DNA of 64,000 bases from Isurus oxyrinchus (lineage: Eukaryota), in NCBI GenBank assembly GCA_026770705.1, contig JANJGN010000035.1:7502001-7566000 (forward strand), given 5' to 3'. A program made the translations under genes and the position numbers. Of the stretch, positions 25,430 through 38,350 are shown piece after piece. How positions within the stretch are numbered: the first letter of the stretch is position 1; every line of letters starts with the position of its first letter. The notes beneath the pieces were generated by a model. The model did not search any database. It was not told where the DNA came from and saw only the letters and a program-made list of their open reading frames with translations.

Positions 25430-26520
25430 AGAACGGAAGAAAGCAAGGAAGTGGAGCAAGTGAAGCCTATATGGGTCGTCGATCCTGATCCGCCATTCAC
25501 TACCATAATAACTGTCCATCGGCATCACCTCCACTTCGCTTCCCTTCGCCATATCTCTTCATTACCAAAGAGACGGTTAATCTGCCTACGGCAGACTTAA
25601 ATGTATTCAGTGATGGTGCATGTATTAAACTCTTGTGGAGAGTGCTGTAAAGATTCATAATAATTTAGGTGAAACAACTTGCTCTCATCTTAGTCCAAAA
25701 GGTTCGGCTTCTAATACTGACAAAGCGACCCCACGCCAGTCCATTTGAGATTACCCAGCAGGCGGAAACAATCTCACAGGATATATCCTCTGAATCTTCT
25801 AAAGACTCGTGTGCCTTTCAACAAGAGCAGTTCCGATTCTTCTAATCCCAATCAGAAATTCACCAAATTTGCTCAGCCTCTCATCATAAAACAGCCTGTC
25901 CATTCCAGAGATGATTTGGTGAACGTTGGCTGCTCTGCCTTCCATATAAGTATATTCCTTCTTAAATGTAGAGACCAGAACTGCCCACAGGACTCAATAT
26001 GTTCTTTTACCAAAAACATGTACACCTCGAGGAAACTTTATATTACTGCAATCCTATTTTTTTACTGAAGGCCAACATGTCATTAGCCTTCAAAATAGAT
26101 TGCTGTAGCTGTACTGTAACTTGTTAAAGTTATTTTATGAGTACCCCCATACTTCTTTAAATATCAGCACATGCAAGATCCTCACTTTTGAGGTAATATT
26201 CATGTTTTTAATTAATTCGACTGAAGTGAATAACTTGACACTTCGCTATATATAATAGATTGGCCATTTTGTTGCCCACTCACCTAACTTGCATATATCA
26301 CTTTGCTCGCTATTTGTAACGTTGAGTCAGCCGGAAAGCTAGATACATTAATCACTGGCTATTTATCTGCATCTTAATAGCGATTGTAAATCGCCTATGT
26401 CCCAGCAGTGAGATTTATGGTACTTCAATATTCACAAAATCCCAACATCTAGTGGGCTCATACGTGATCACCCTCTGCTGCCTATCTGCTAAACAAACCT
26501 TTGTCCCTTCTAATACATCA
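25430..26520 (-). mobile_element. CR1 LINE 3' part
   Basis: 25430-25510 is the reverse complement of a CR1 3' tail. Motifs LSPV(G)QFWSLHL and KCQVIHF occur on the minus strand. Confidence 0.75.
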
Positions 26521-27627
26521 TTTGCAGCTCAATGCGCACTCATCAAGCAGGATAATTAGGCAGGTCAATGCAAGCTTAAACCTCAGTGAAAGTGTATAAA
26601 TGAATTCCCCGCCTCTCCCTAGTGGAATTTCAGGCAGCGCTGGGAATTGGGTGGGCGAGGTTGGGGGCGGCGGGGGGAGTGGTTGGGCTTGAAATTGAAG
26701 GAAGCATGTTCCTCCTGGCTTCCCAACCGCACCGAAGGAGCAGCAATTTCACTTCAAAGCAGGAAACGCATCAGGACAACTACTGGTGAGATAAGGAATT
26801 TTAAGTTGGCGGGATGATTAACCTGACATGGGTAAAGCACTAAAATGTGCAGGCTTCAAAATCGGATGCGAAGTGGGTGTCACCTCTCTCAGTTATCCCT
26901 CCCTGATTTATGCTACACCCCCACACCCCCCTCTGGCTTCTGAGTGTTTGTAGAATTCCAGTTCATGAATTTAACCTGAAATGGATGTTAATACATGTAA
27001 GCTGTCTATAAAGGAATCAACTGTAACATAGCTGAAATTTGATGTGACAGCGATGTCTACTGGTAGGAAATGGAACTGTTCTGTAGGAATGCAATTATGA
27101 TCAATCTCTCAGTACAAAGGTGAATGAAGCTTTAAGGAACATTGTTGGTAATTTGTTCACTTATGAATCATTACGAATTGAAGGGATTACAAGTCTTTGA
27201 CTGTTAAATGGCAGTTCGTTTTCAAAGAAAAAATGATGCCCATCGATTGAATCACTATTTAATATGTTCTTTTTTGGCAACCTAAATATTACATGCATTT
27301 ACTCAATCTTATCATTACACAGTATTTTTCCTCAGACCGAATATATATCATCAATCTGTATGATAAGAGAATTAACATGTTTTAACAATATAACCATCTA
27401 AATACATCGACAGAAAACTGATAAAAGCATAACCACAAATTACGGATATATGTAGAATATTTCAGTTGGCACATGATTAACATTGAAGACGCAATTATAC
27501 TTGCTAATATATATTCTCGTTATCCTTTTCCCCTAACTCGACCAGCAAATTCTATTGAGACAACCCATCCCCTCCTCCTTCAACTTCACGTTTCATGGTT
27601 TACTCTTGCTGAATGGGAAATGGTTAC

Positions 27628-28350
27628 CTGTGCATGGATGGTAGGGCTTCACTGAAGAATTACAGTCTTTCTGTCATGGGACAATGATTAGAGTTATAAT
27701 ATAATTATGTCATTCCCGTCTCTTCGCCTAGAGTGTCTGAAATTGTTTCTGTTTTTTTCAAGCGCAACCATTTTAGTTGGATCAGCAAATTTCTACACAA
27801 TGGCTATACCCCGCATTATTAAAAATATATTTTCTAAGAATGTTGATGGCTCATTCCAGTTCAATGTACAATTAATGTCAAAGTTACACTTTTCGTGCTA
27901 ATCATTTATTTATCATTTCTGACCATAACGTTCCTACATATATTGGAGTGATAACTGACACTAAAATATAACTGACGTCCATAAATAGGAATTTCAGCAC
28001 AAACAGTTGAAGAATATCTATTCCATCTTTATTATTCACTCTGGTACCAGCAATTATCAAATGGCCCAAGAAATTCATCTCAAATTATGTTCCCGCAAGG
28101 CTTCTTAGTTAACCACTTTAGTGACAAATTCGCAGACGTATTATTGGCACTAGAATGCATTACATTGATAATTGCTGGTGACAATGCACTTTCAATTGAA
28201 CTGAGGTCATTCCAACACAATGTTACGTAAGCATCTGATTAATCACTCCAATAATAAGCACTTCTTACATTCCAAAAACATTTAACTTTTTCCTTAGTAA
28301 ACAAAGGTGGGTTTACATGACCGATAAGGTCAAAATGATGCTTAAAGTTA
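27628..28350 (-). pseudogene. Candidate decayed exon(s), ZP-N-like
   Basis: One frame reads EKVKCF..SDAYVTLCW..LSLKWLTKKPCGNII*DEFLGPFDNCWYQ..RYSSTV. Consensus donor cag|gtaacc at 27627; acceptor not located. Confidence 0.3.
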
Positions 28351-31240
28351 ATTTAAAGAGTGGTGTCGCATTTGACATTTCCAACAGACAGTTAAAGATT
28401 TGATTTAAACGACAGTTAAATGAACAGTTCAGCCTTAATAAAGCCTTAAAGTGTAACATGTGGAGGGTTAGTGGATTGTTCCGAGGGGGCGGGGGTTGGG
28501 ATGGTTGGGGTAGAGTGTGGGGGCCGTTCGTGGCTAGGAGTGTTGGTGGGGCATTGTATATTTAGCTGAAAATTCAGACCTTTAGAATCTGCGTTGCCTC
28601 AGCTCGTAAGAGGATGTTCATTAAATGAATTTCACGCTCAACTATGACGTCTAGTTATTGTGGTGACGATAACTTTCAATAAAACAGTGATTTGTTTGAA
28701 TGTTCACAGCTGCGTTGGCATTCCATCCATTTGCCATGCAGCCAAACGACCCAACTTAAATATCACATACCTTAAAATCCCGGGACTATGGCTGCATTTT
28801 TTGCGATTGACAGCAGGTCCCCGAGAAGCCTTCAACATCATGTCCCAAACCGGTGACATCAGCATGCTTGATGACAGGGGGGTACAGCTGCATTGTAACG
28901 CAAACTGCTCCAGCTACCGTTCAAGGCAAGTGCATCCCGATTTCGAAATTTAAAGTCTTTACTGCATTAAGATTGATTAAGATTCCTAAACCACCCCTCA
29001 TAAAATCGCTGTATGGTTACTTTACCATTGGGCGAGTATTGTTCATTAATTCTAGTAGATTTAGAAATGAATGATAGAGGATGGGCATATGTTTTTGAAC
29101 CTGTTTTCATTCAAGCCCCTGTTTCAAATATCCATAATGTTCCGAGGAACAAAAAAGTACTTTCTCTAACGGGTGCGGTTATATATGAGATGCGATACAA
29201 ACCATGTGCAATCGTTGGAAAACAAATGTCATAGATTAGTCATGACAGGATTAAGGCTGGAGAGGAAATTTAAACATTTATTTGAATAACTTTTCAATTA
29301 GAATTTTAATCAATCAGATTATCATCCTGTGTTAATTGAGATGTCAATGGCAGAAACCATTCTCAGCTACAACCTGTCACAAGTAAAAGAGAAAACAAAC
29401 TTTCAGAGAGACCACGCATTGACTCAATCTCATATGTTGGAATTCGCAGGCTTTGATATTGAAAATTGGGTACCTAATCAGAATTGAAGGGCTCCATCAA
29501 CCCAAAGGCTGATGTAGAACTGTTTGAAAAGTGTAATGGATCAAATGTATGTGTGTGTGCGGGCTTTGTGTTCTTGTGTCTGTGTGTGTGTGATGAGGGG
29601 GGGTGGGGGGTGGGGCAGGGTGGTGGGGTTGAGAGGAGGCGGGGGCTGCAAATACGGACATTGGGTAGCTACAAGTTCAAATGCTACGTTTTTGGTTGTG
29701 GCAGGTGTCACACAATATTAGTAGTAAACAGAGTGGGAATATAGCATTGTCCGACAATATATATTAAAGTTCAATAAAATCTGTTTCGTTTGTTGCTAGG
29801 GAAGCAAAACATATTAATAAAGTGATGGCGATTTAAAACAAAGACGAACAATTGTTTACTTTTATCAATGTGAAATGTCTCATAAATGGAAATTTTAGAC
29901 GGAGATATTTCCAGTATGTTATTTATTGAGCAATTAGCATCATTCAAGCTCGGGGTAATACATGTGTCTGTTATGAATGTGGAGGAAAATAATGAATTAG
30001 AAGAGAGGGGATCAAAAGATACATCAAGGCACACGGAGGAAATATTGAAATAAACAGGGAAATTCAGAATCGCTATAGGTAGAACTAAGAGGCTGTTAAT
30101 GAGGTTAGAGTGTAATTTACATGCCAGGATTAAAACGGTATTCTGCATTTTCGGATGGGACAAGGGCAATGACGACTACGGGAGAAATGCAGTAAATGGC
30201 ATTTTGGTATGTAAACAACAGTCTTGAAGGCTAATTTCTCGGGTGTTAGGGTAGGCAACAGATTTCAAGGAAGATCGTTCATTGGTCAAAATGTAAGAAA
30301 AGATTTGGAGAAAGCACCTTGGCTTGCATTACGTGGGGGAACATCGGCACAACTCGAACAAATTATTGAATTGCAAATTAAATACTTAACATATGACAGG
30401 GTGACGGCATTAAATTAATATGAAATGCAGAAGGTGGTAAAACATAAGCAACCGTGCTACCTTTTTAGGCACATAATGTTTTGTCTGAGTTGGCTTGCAG
30501 GATTGAATCAGGTTAGGCCACGCTAGACGAAAGAACTGTCATGAATTAGGTGATTGCCACTCAAATAGAATTAAAGTTTAAAGCTTGGTTGGTGAAACTA
30601 ACTCTCTGTTATACTCTGAGTTGACGACATTTTCAAGTAGAATTTCACATTGTTTAAGCAGTAGGCGAAATGTCGGCAGTTTGCAATAGTGGTTATATGG
30701 GAAAATCAAATCGACCACTTGTCAAACGTTGCTAACGATTTCCTTTTTCTGCCATAAATGGGGATCACTAAATGAGATACTTATCAAATATATCATTTTT
30801 ACGGCAGCATAAATTGTGAACATTGCGTTCAGTAGATCAGTATAAATACAAAGCAGAGTAAATAAAATTATTAAAACGATTTTGGAGCAAGAAAATTCAA
30901 TTTGCTCCTTTTAGGTTTCTGCTCACCTTACAAAAAGTTATTGTTCGTTTTGCTGTAGCATTTCCTTTTGCCCTTTTCGTTTTCTCGCACAAATGCAGAA
31001 TGTTATTTGTTAGTTTGCATTTATGAAAGAATGCTATCAATATTATCAGGAAGGTCCAAGTATATTGTGCCGAATGAGGGAGTGGTTGACTGGAAGTATA
31101 TCCATCTGTGTTTAACAAATGCTAATCAAGGTTTACGTGAGTAATGAGAATCTAATCCTAGTTTCACTGATGTAAATTCCTGAAATTTCTGAATAGGGTG
31201 GTATTTTATTGCGTCCTGTTTGCAAAAAAGCCCCCCAAAT

Positions 31241-31300
<60 letters not shown>
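31241..31300. repeat. Compound microsatellite (TA)10(GA)18
   Basis: Directly visible. Confidence 0.98.
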
Positions 31301-31307
<7 letters not shown>

Positions 31308-31379
31308 CATTGTGGCTTTTGGAAATAGAGACGCAGTACTTACAATCAATGGATTACATGGACAACGTATTACAAATTC

Positions 31380-33010
31380 AATTTGCTGCAGACACTGGAG
31401 GTCTGAAATAAAAGCATCACATGCTCGAATATCTCAAACAGTCTTGCAGCGTCTGTGAAGGGTGAAGGCAACTAATGTTTCGAGTCCACGGTTATCCTTC
31501 TTCAGAACTGAAGAGGTGTAGGGGTATTTACGCCATTGAAAAGACCAGGAAGAGGCAGTTAGAGGAAAATAAAAGGAACGACAGAGAAAGCGAAGAGAAC
31601 AGGGGAGATTGAGTTACAAAAATAATCCTGTAGGAAATGTCGAACGGAGTGCTGTTAGCGACACAACATTTTGGCCCAGAGTACTGTTCATTGCAGAACC
31701 AAGGTCAGCACTCTCTTAAACAATAATTTACTAACATATGTATGGTGAACGCCATCTGGAAAAAGAGAACTTGAAGACAATTTACCGACGGCTTTTGGGG
31801 AACACACATGCAAAAAGCAAACAAACTGGAAGACAGGTTTCATTGGTCTGACATTTTTGTACTGTATGTTATAAATAGACGGCTGTAAATTGGCTTAACA
31901 GAAAATGTGGTGCTCTTCGTCCAGCTGGCATTCTGCTTCACTAGAATATTGTACCAGGCTGCAGTTAGAACTATGAGCATGAGAGTGAGATGGCGAATTG
32001 ATAAACAATTGCAAGTTCGGGATGTAGGTTTTTGACTCAGTGAAGTATTTCTGTAAAATGCATACTCGTCTACGTAGGAAAAGTTTACGTATTCAACGTA
32101 TGAGATGCCTAATTGTGAGCAGCGAATAGAGTAAACAATTTTGTGGAACATGATAATGAATTGCTCCCTCACCTGCAAATATTTTATGGGACCTTGGACA
32201 GTGCAGAGGGTGAAGGTAAAGGGGCAGGTGCAAACACCTGCTTCGATTGCATGGAACAGTGCCATGGAAAGTGTATGAGGTGTTGGTTGCAATAGAGCTG
32301 TACATGAGGGTTCTGCAGAGGGAATCCCCCTTTGACTATCTGAGAGGGGTTGCAAAGATGATTTTGTGGTGGAAACATAGAGAATTTATCAGGGAATGCG
32401 GGGAATAATTCTTAGAAATAGAGATAGGAAATTTAGCACCAGCAGAAACTATCATTCTTCGGGGATGAAGGGGCATAGGTGAGGAACTAAATACAGAAAC
32501 GTGTTGGAGACAGTTTAAGGTCCTGTGAACTGCAGTGCAGATTGCAAACCGCGTGGAGTGTGGGGGTAAGGAGTTTGCGTTTTCCTCAGTTGAGGAAAAA
32601 GAAAGACTTTGTTGATGCTCCGTTGTGAAAACTGCAATAATCAGAAGAGATGTGAATGAGAATGGTAACATGCAGAATGCAAAGGAGTTCTGAGCAGGAA
32701 GCAGTGTAACGGAGATGTAGGGAACGTATCTGTAGGAGTCGAGCATTTAATGAGTATCACTATATTTTCCATCCTCAGAAGAGATACAGAGAAGTCAATG
32801 AATTGAAGGAAAGTATTGGACTTGGATCAAGTGAGGGTGAAGATGCTTAAAATTGCAAAATAAAGTGCTGATCTCTTCCTACTCCAAAAATAAATACAAA
32901 GTGGCTCAGCTATCGAAATTGTTGCATTGGAAGAAGAGTTGTGCAAGGGGATGTGAATAGGACTGGGGCCAGGAAGCCTCCACAATGCTGGCATATCGTG
33001 CTTCTTGTAA
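31380..33010 (-). mobile_element. Degenerate Penelope-like element (RT C-terminus, GIY-YIG, tail)
   Basis: ORF 31840-32355 CTCPFT..VQGP..LQVREQF..IVYSIRCSQLGISYVE is homologous to 9672-10073. The tail 31380-31510 contains agtt-CUGAAGA..gactc-GAAAC. Confidence 0.85.
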
Positions 33011-33619
33011 CTGGAAATTAAATTACACAAGTTCAGGACGTAGGCAAAGTTTTAGCGTTTAAAAAGCACGTTGGGTATGTTGTTAAAGTTTGTAAATACA
33101 CCAATTTTAGGATTATTGCAATAGTTAAACCAACACAGTCGGGAACATTGCTTACATGGATGCATTGACAGTCAATCAGGCAGCCTAAATCTCTCTTGTG
33201 ACCGGTTAGTCCAACGCATATGAACGGTCATTTGATTCTGCTTCAGTGAAAGCGTTTGGTTCCCAGACCCAATGACTTCACTGAGCCTTCACGAATTTAT
33301 CAATTGAATGCTCTCGTCTCAGAGTCTAGCAATCAATAAATCCGGGCAACTACATAGCATTTTAACGTGCTACTATTGGAATGATTTTAGTACTTTAATA
33401 TTCTTGAAAAAGCATAATTCTGACCAACAAGTAAGAAACAAAATAAAATTCAAGATGTTGAACATCTTGCATTACCCCCTGGAGTAACCGCATTCATTTG
33501 GAATCTTTCATGCATTCAGGCACCCTATGGTGCTTCACAGGACGAAGTCAGCATTACAGCGATATCACTTCCGTAGCGTAAGGGAAACTGTCTATTTGTT
33601 GAAATCTTTGGAGGCTATT

Positions 33620-34930
33620 TAAGTCACAGAATAATTGAAATTTTACAGCGTAGAAGGCAGCTATTCAGCATATTGTTACTGCATTGACTCTCCGAATGAA
33701 CAGTTAAACTATTGTCGTGCTCCTGCCCTTTTCCCCGTAAGAAAGCAGCGTCTTCGTTTCCATATGGTTATGACTGCCTTTTGCATGGTTCAATTGAAAG
33801 TGTTTCCATCACAGATTTAGGCGGAGAATGATTAACAAATTGCTGCATCATTACAGTTTCCAATATCGTTATTGCTTCCTTTATAATATACTTTCATCTA
33901 TTCTCGATTATTTTACCAGTGTAACACTATACTCTTTCCAGACCACGAAGAATTATAAAAACGCCTGTCAAATGTCCTTCTAGCCACCTTTCCACAAGGA
34001 ACGCTGTTCCAACGTTTCGAACCTGACGTAAGTTCTTTATCTATGGATACATTCCCGTCAATCTTGTATCCTTTCTTCCCAATAAATTCACATACTCCCA
34101 GAGCTGTCTTCAATTGCCTACATGATGACCAACTGCTGTCTCATATATATTCAACATAACCTCGTTGCTTGTGTGCTCTATCCCCCGTATTAGTAAAGCT
34201 AAGGATGCTCTGCACTTTCCTAATCATTATTTGCACCAATCCTGCCACCCCCACTGACTTATTCACATAACCACCGAGGTCACTCTGTTCCATAAACTCC
34301 TTTGAATTTGTACCCGTTAAAATATGTTTTCGATCCTTGCTTTTCTTACCAAAGTGACACACTTCACATTGGCCAACATTAAGGATTGCCTGCCACAGAG
34401 CTGCCTGTTGTGGACGTTCACTAGCATCAAAGCTTGGAGCCTGCATTACACTTTTAGGAGTCTGTTTATGCAGATGCAGGACATTCATGCCCCTTCACAG
34501 TTCAGGGCTAGAAGCTTGTTGGGGCTTAGTCACACTTCGAATGTATACATTTGTAACTAGGCCAATGATGGAATCAAGCATACCTAGGGAAAAAAAAACG
34601 CATAAAGCTATGGTGTCTCGCATAGTGGAGACACTGACATTCAGAAACTGTCACCTGCCGCTTAAACCTAAATGTATGAACACCCTGTCCTGTTAGTTAG
34701 CTTTTGCTGGTGCCGCCAAATGAATATATTAAGAATCTGTCGAACATTCTAGGGGTACCGTGCTCACCTGAACACAGCCATTCCGCTAAAATATCTAAGT
34801 CCTTCTGCAGTGCTGTACTGTGCTTCTCACAATTCACAATGCTTCAAAGTTTTCTATCACAGTAAATTTTGAAATTGTGCCCTGCGCACCAAGGTCCAGT
34901 TGTACAATCTATATCAGAAAATGCAAGGCA
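33620..34930 (-). mobile_element. CR1 LINE RT/3' end, split by an insert of about 370 bp at 34410-34775
   Basis: Minus strand FLI..LDLGAQGTISKF..LQKDLDILAEW (34930-34775) resumes as WQAILNVGQCEVCHFGKK (from 34405). Confidence 0.8.
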
Positions 34931-34959
34931 GACAAAATTCTCCATGGTGAATCTCAAAG

Positions 34960-36310
34960 GCACACCTTTATCCAGGACTATATCATGGCATGGTAATTTT
35001 GATCTCCCACTATTGCCGGAAACAGTACTCATTGGGCTCATACACTTGCTAACTTGCACAGTTGAATTGTGTTTTAATGTCACCATGTTTGCCCAAATAG
35101 CTGCTGTTGCCAAGTAGGCCCAGACCTCGCAAATATACGTTTTGTGTTCTTTGAGAAACGCTTCCTCAATGGAATAATAACTAAACTCCGACTCCAAGCA
35201 TATGTCTAATATATGTTTGATATGTTGGATATATTTAAATCTGCAACTGCGTATGATAATTTCCTTTCCTGCCTTAATGTGTTCTGTCCTGCGTTCAAAT
35301 TCAACTTTAAACGGAACAGTAAAATTAACCCCCCTTTATTGATGTACTAATTGGGAAATCTGCCAGGGGATTCTCTAAAATGATCTGCTGCAAACCTACA
35401 TTCGTCGCCCAACACGCACGAGATTCTACCACACGCTTTAAGGTTGGAAATTTTGTTGATTGTGCCCGAGCCATTTTCTCATTTTGTAAGCTTGATGCTG
35501 GAACAGAGCACATGAAAGGCATCCTGCCGTTTAATGGCTACCGAGATCAGTTGATTTTGCGCTTAATATCATGCAAACAATGAACGGGCCTAAGGCCATG
35601 ACGTTCGGCCCTGGAAAGTGCCAAGTCTATCACAGGTTCCCCTAGAAGGCAGTTATACCTAAAACAAAAAACAACAGCTCAACTGCTAGCTTTTTCGCGA
35701 TGCTTATATGCAGTTGGAACACCAGTCGTGTTTGCCACTAACAGGAAGCTGCCACAAATTAAAAGTGCCGTTACGCTGTTTACACAAGTGAGTAACATGT
35801 TATATGAATTTAAGTGCTAATGTGATGATAAGTATGACGGCCGTACGTCCAAAGTACTAATGGATAGTGCAAACAACATTTCCTAACCTCTCTTTGAATG
35901 GGCAGACCACGGAATGTACCCAAACAGCCCGTCTAACAAAACCTCAAAAACAGCTTCAAATTTTAGATGCGATTCTGCGTATGGACAACAATTGTTAAAT
36001 ACTTTGCTTGTACATGAAGCTTTACGTAACACTAAACAGGGTGCTGCTCTGTGCAGACAGGAAAAGCATGTACACGTAACCTGTTTCACCAAAAGAATTT
36101 TGGAACTCATTCCTCAGGGAAATGCCTAGCCAATCAGTGTCAAACTGCTCGGTTTCGAGTTTTAAAAGGGTTTGGCAGTTAACTGTCAGTCCAGATCAGT
36201 GGTGCATTCTCAATTGCAGCACAACAGGCCAAGCAAAGCGTATACTCTTCGCATAGAGTATAAGTTATAGTTTCCCTCTTATATTAGTTTTCCTGTGGCA
36301 TGCATTTGGC
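34960..36310 (+). mobile_element. Penelope-like element, second family (RT plus GIY-YIG)
   Basis: TVELCFNVTMFAQIAAVA, DVLIGKSARGFS..CKPTF, GPKAMTFGPGKCQVY, VIYEFKC*CDDKYDGRTS. Confidence 0.85.
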
Positions 36311-36319
36311 TCCTAGATG

Positions 36320-38350
36320 TCATCTGAAATGGCCTAGCAAGCCGTTCAGTTGCATCAGATCGCTGCAAAGCCAAAAAAAAATGAATGACATCTGATTCAC
36401 CACCTTGTCTCCACCTGGGCACCGGAACCCACAACTGCAAACACAAACAGTGTCGACGCTGCAAAGCCCTCTTTACTAGCGTCTGGGGGCAAAAGCTAGA
36501 TTTAGGATAGCTGCCTCATAGCCATCGTCAACCTTACGGAATTATATCTGATGGATAATGCTGCAAACACAAGCATTATTATCCCTTCATTTATCTTGCC
36601 CCACTGGCAGGACAGGCCCAGCAGATGTGGCGCCACAGTGGTATACAATAGGGAGAAAGTTGCCCTGGGAGTCCTCAATATCGACCTCGGACCCTATGAA
36701 TTTTCAGTGGCATCAGGTCAACATGGGACAGGAAACCCTCTACTGTTTTCCACGTACTTGCATTCTTCAGCTGATGAATCAGTGCCCCACAAGTTGAACA
36801 CCACTTGGAGGAAGCAATGAGGGTGGAGTGGGCGAAGGATGTACTATGGGTTTGGGATTGCATGTCTATTACTCGCTAGCACCACTACTGGCCGCATTGG
36901 CTGCAAGACAGGCTTTGTTGCAGATGATGAGGAAACCAACATGAGAGAAAACATGCTTTATTTAATCTTCAGAAGCCTGCCTGCTGCACATGCATCAGTC
37001 CATGACATTAGTGGCAGGCGTGACAACTGCACAGTCGTTGTGAAAAAGAGAAACTGTCCTCACATTGGGAATAATCACAATACTGTTGTGTGACACGACC
37101 ACAGTCCTAAATGGGATAGATTTCGAACAGATGTGGCAACTTGTAACTTGAGCCTCTAAGTACCTTCTGCAGTAGAATAATGGCACAAAGAAAACACTGC
37201 AACCTCATGGCTGGCAAATGCCCCATTCAACCATTACAATCAAACATAGGGCTACACTGTGGTTCAGTGAAGAGGGCGGGGGAGCATGTCAAAGTATCAG
37301 CAGGCATAAATAAAAATGTGGTGCCAATGTGGTAAAACAATTCCCAGGACTACTTGCATGCCACACAGCATAAGACAGGGCTAAGTGTCCTAAGCTCGGC
37401 AGTCATGCAACATCCAGCTGTAATTCGTACTGGACAATTAAACAACACCCAAGGCGGGGTCACTACTACAACCCCAATCATCTATGATAGGGTGGCCTAG
37501 CACTTCGGAGCAAAAGTTAAGGCTGAAGCAGTGATAAAATCTTCATCCAGAAGTGCAGCATGGATGAGCGTCCCCCTCCTGCTCCGGAGGTCTGCAGCAT
37601 CACATATGTCAGTGTTCAGCAGATTCGATTATCTTGCTGAAGGCAACGGATAGTGCAAAACTATTGGCCCTGACATTATTCCACTATTAGTATTCAAGAT
37701 TTGTGCTCAAGTACATGCTGCACACCGAGCCAAGATTTTCCAATAAAGCTTCAAATCTGGCCTTTACATGCTATGTGCAAAATTGTCCAATTCTGTCCTG
37801 CAACCCAAAGCAGGACAAACACAGCCTGGCAAATGACCATCCAAACAGTCTACCCTCGATTATCAGTAAAAAAGTCGAAGGGGTTTTCAAACTGTCAAGC
37901 GACACTTGCTTAGAAATAACATGCCCACCGACGCATAGTTTGCTTCCCGCCAGGTCCACACAGCTCCTGATCTGAGCACAAACTGATTCACAGGTTTACA
38001 AAGGAGCTGAACTTTAGTGGTTAGGTAAAAGTTACTGTCCTTGTCATCAAGGCTGCTTTTGGTCAAGTGTGGCATCAAGGAGCCCTACTAAAACTGAAAT
38101 CAATGGGAATCAGGAGGCAAAATCGCCACTCGTTAGAGTCATAAACAGGACAAAGTAAGATGATTGTGAATGCTAGACGTCAGTGATCTCCACTGCAAGA
38201 CATCACTGCAGTAATTCTTCAGGGAACTGTCCTCGGCAGAACCACCTTTTCCGTCTTCATCAATAATTGCACACCCATCATAAGCTCAGAAGTGGGGTGG
38301 CTCGCTGCGGTTTGCAAAATTTTCAGCACCATTTGCGAATCCTCAGACAA
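36320..38350 (+). mobile_element. L2/CR1-clade LINE, 5' region through RT, degenerate
   Basis: APE (HWQDRPSRCGATVVY..ALGVLNID) and RT (CKIVQFCP..; SRLLLVKCGIKEP is a frameshifted IKAAFDRVWHQG). Same family as 1-590 and 46490-47590. Confidence 0.85.

Noticed and set aside
34844-35197. ORF resembling the CDCP1/CUB N-terminus (SDIDCTTGPWC)
   Set aside because: The motif is an alternative frame of CR1 RT (LDLGAQGTISKF), and the rest is antisense to a Penelope RT.
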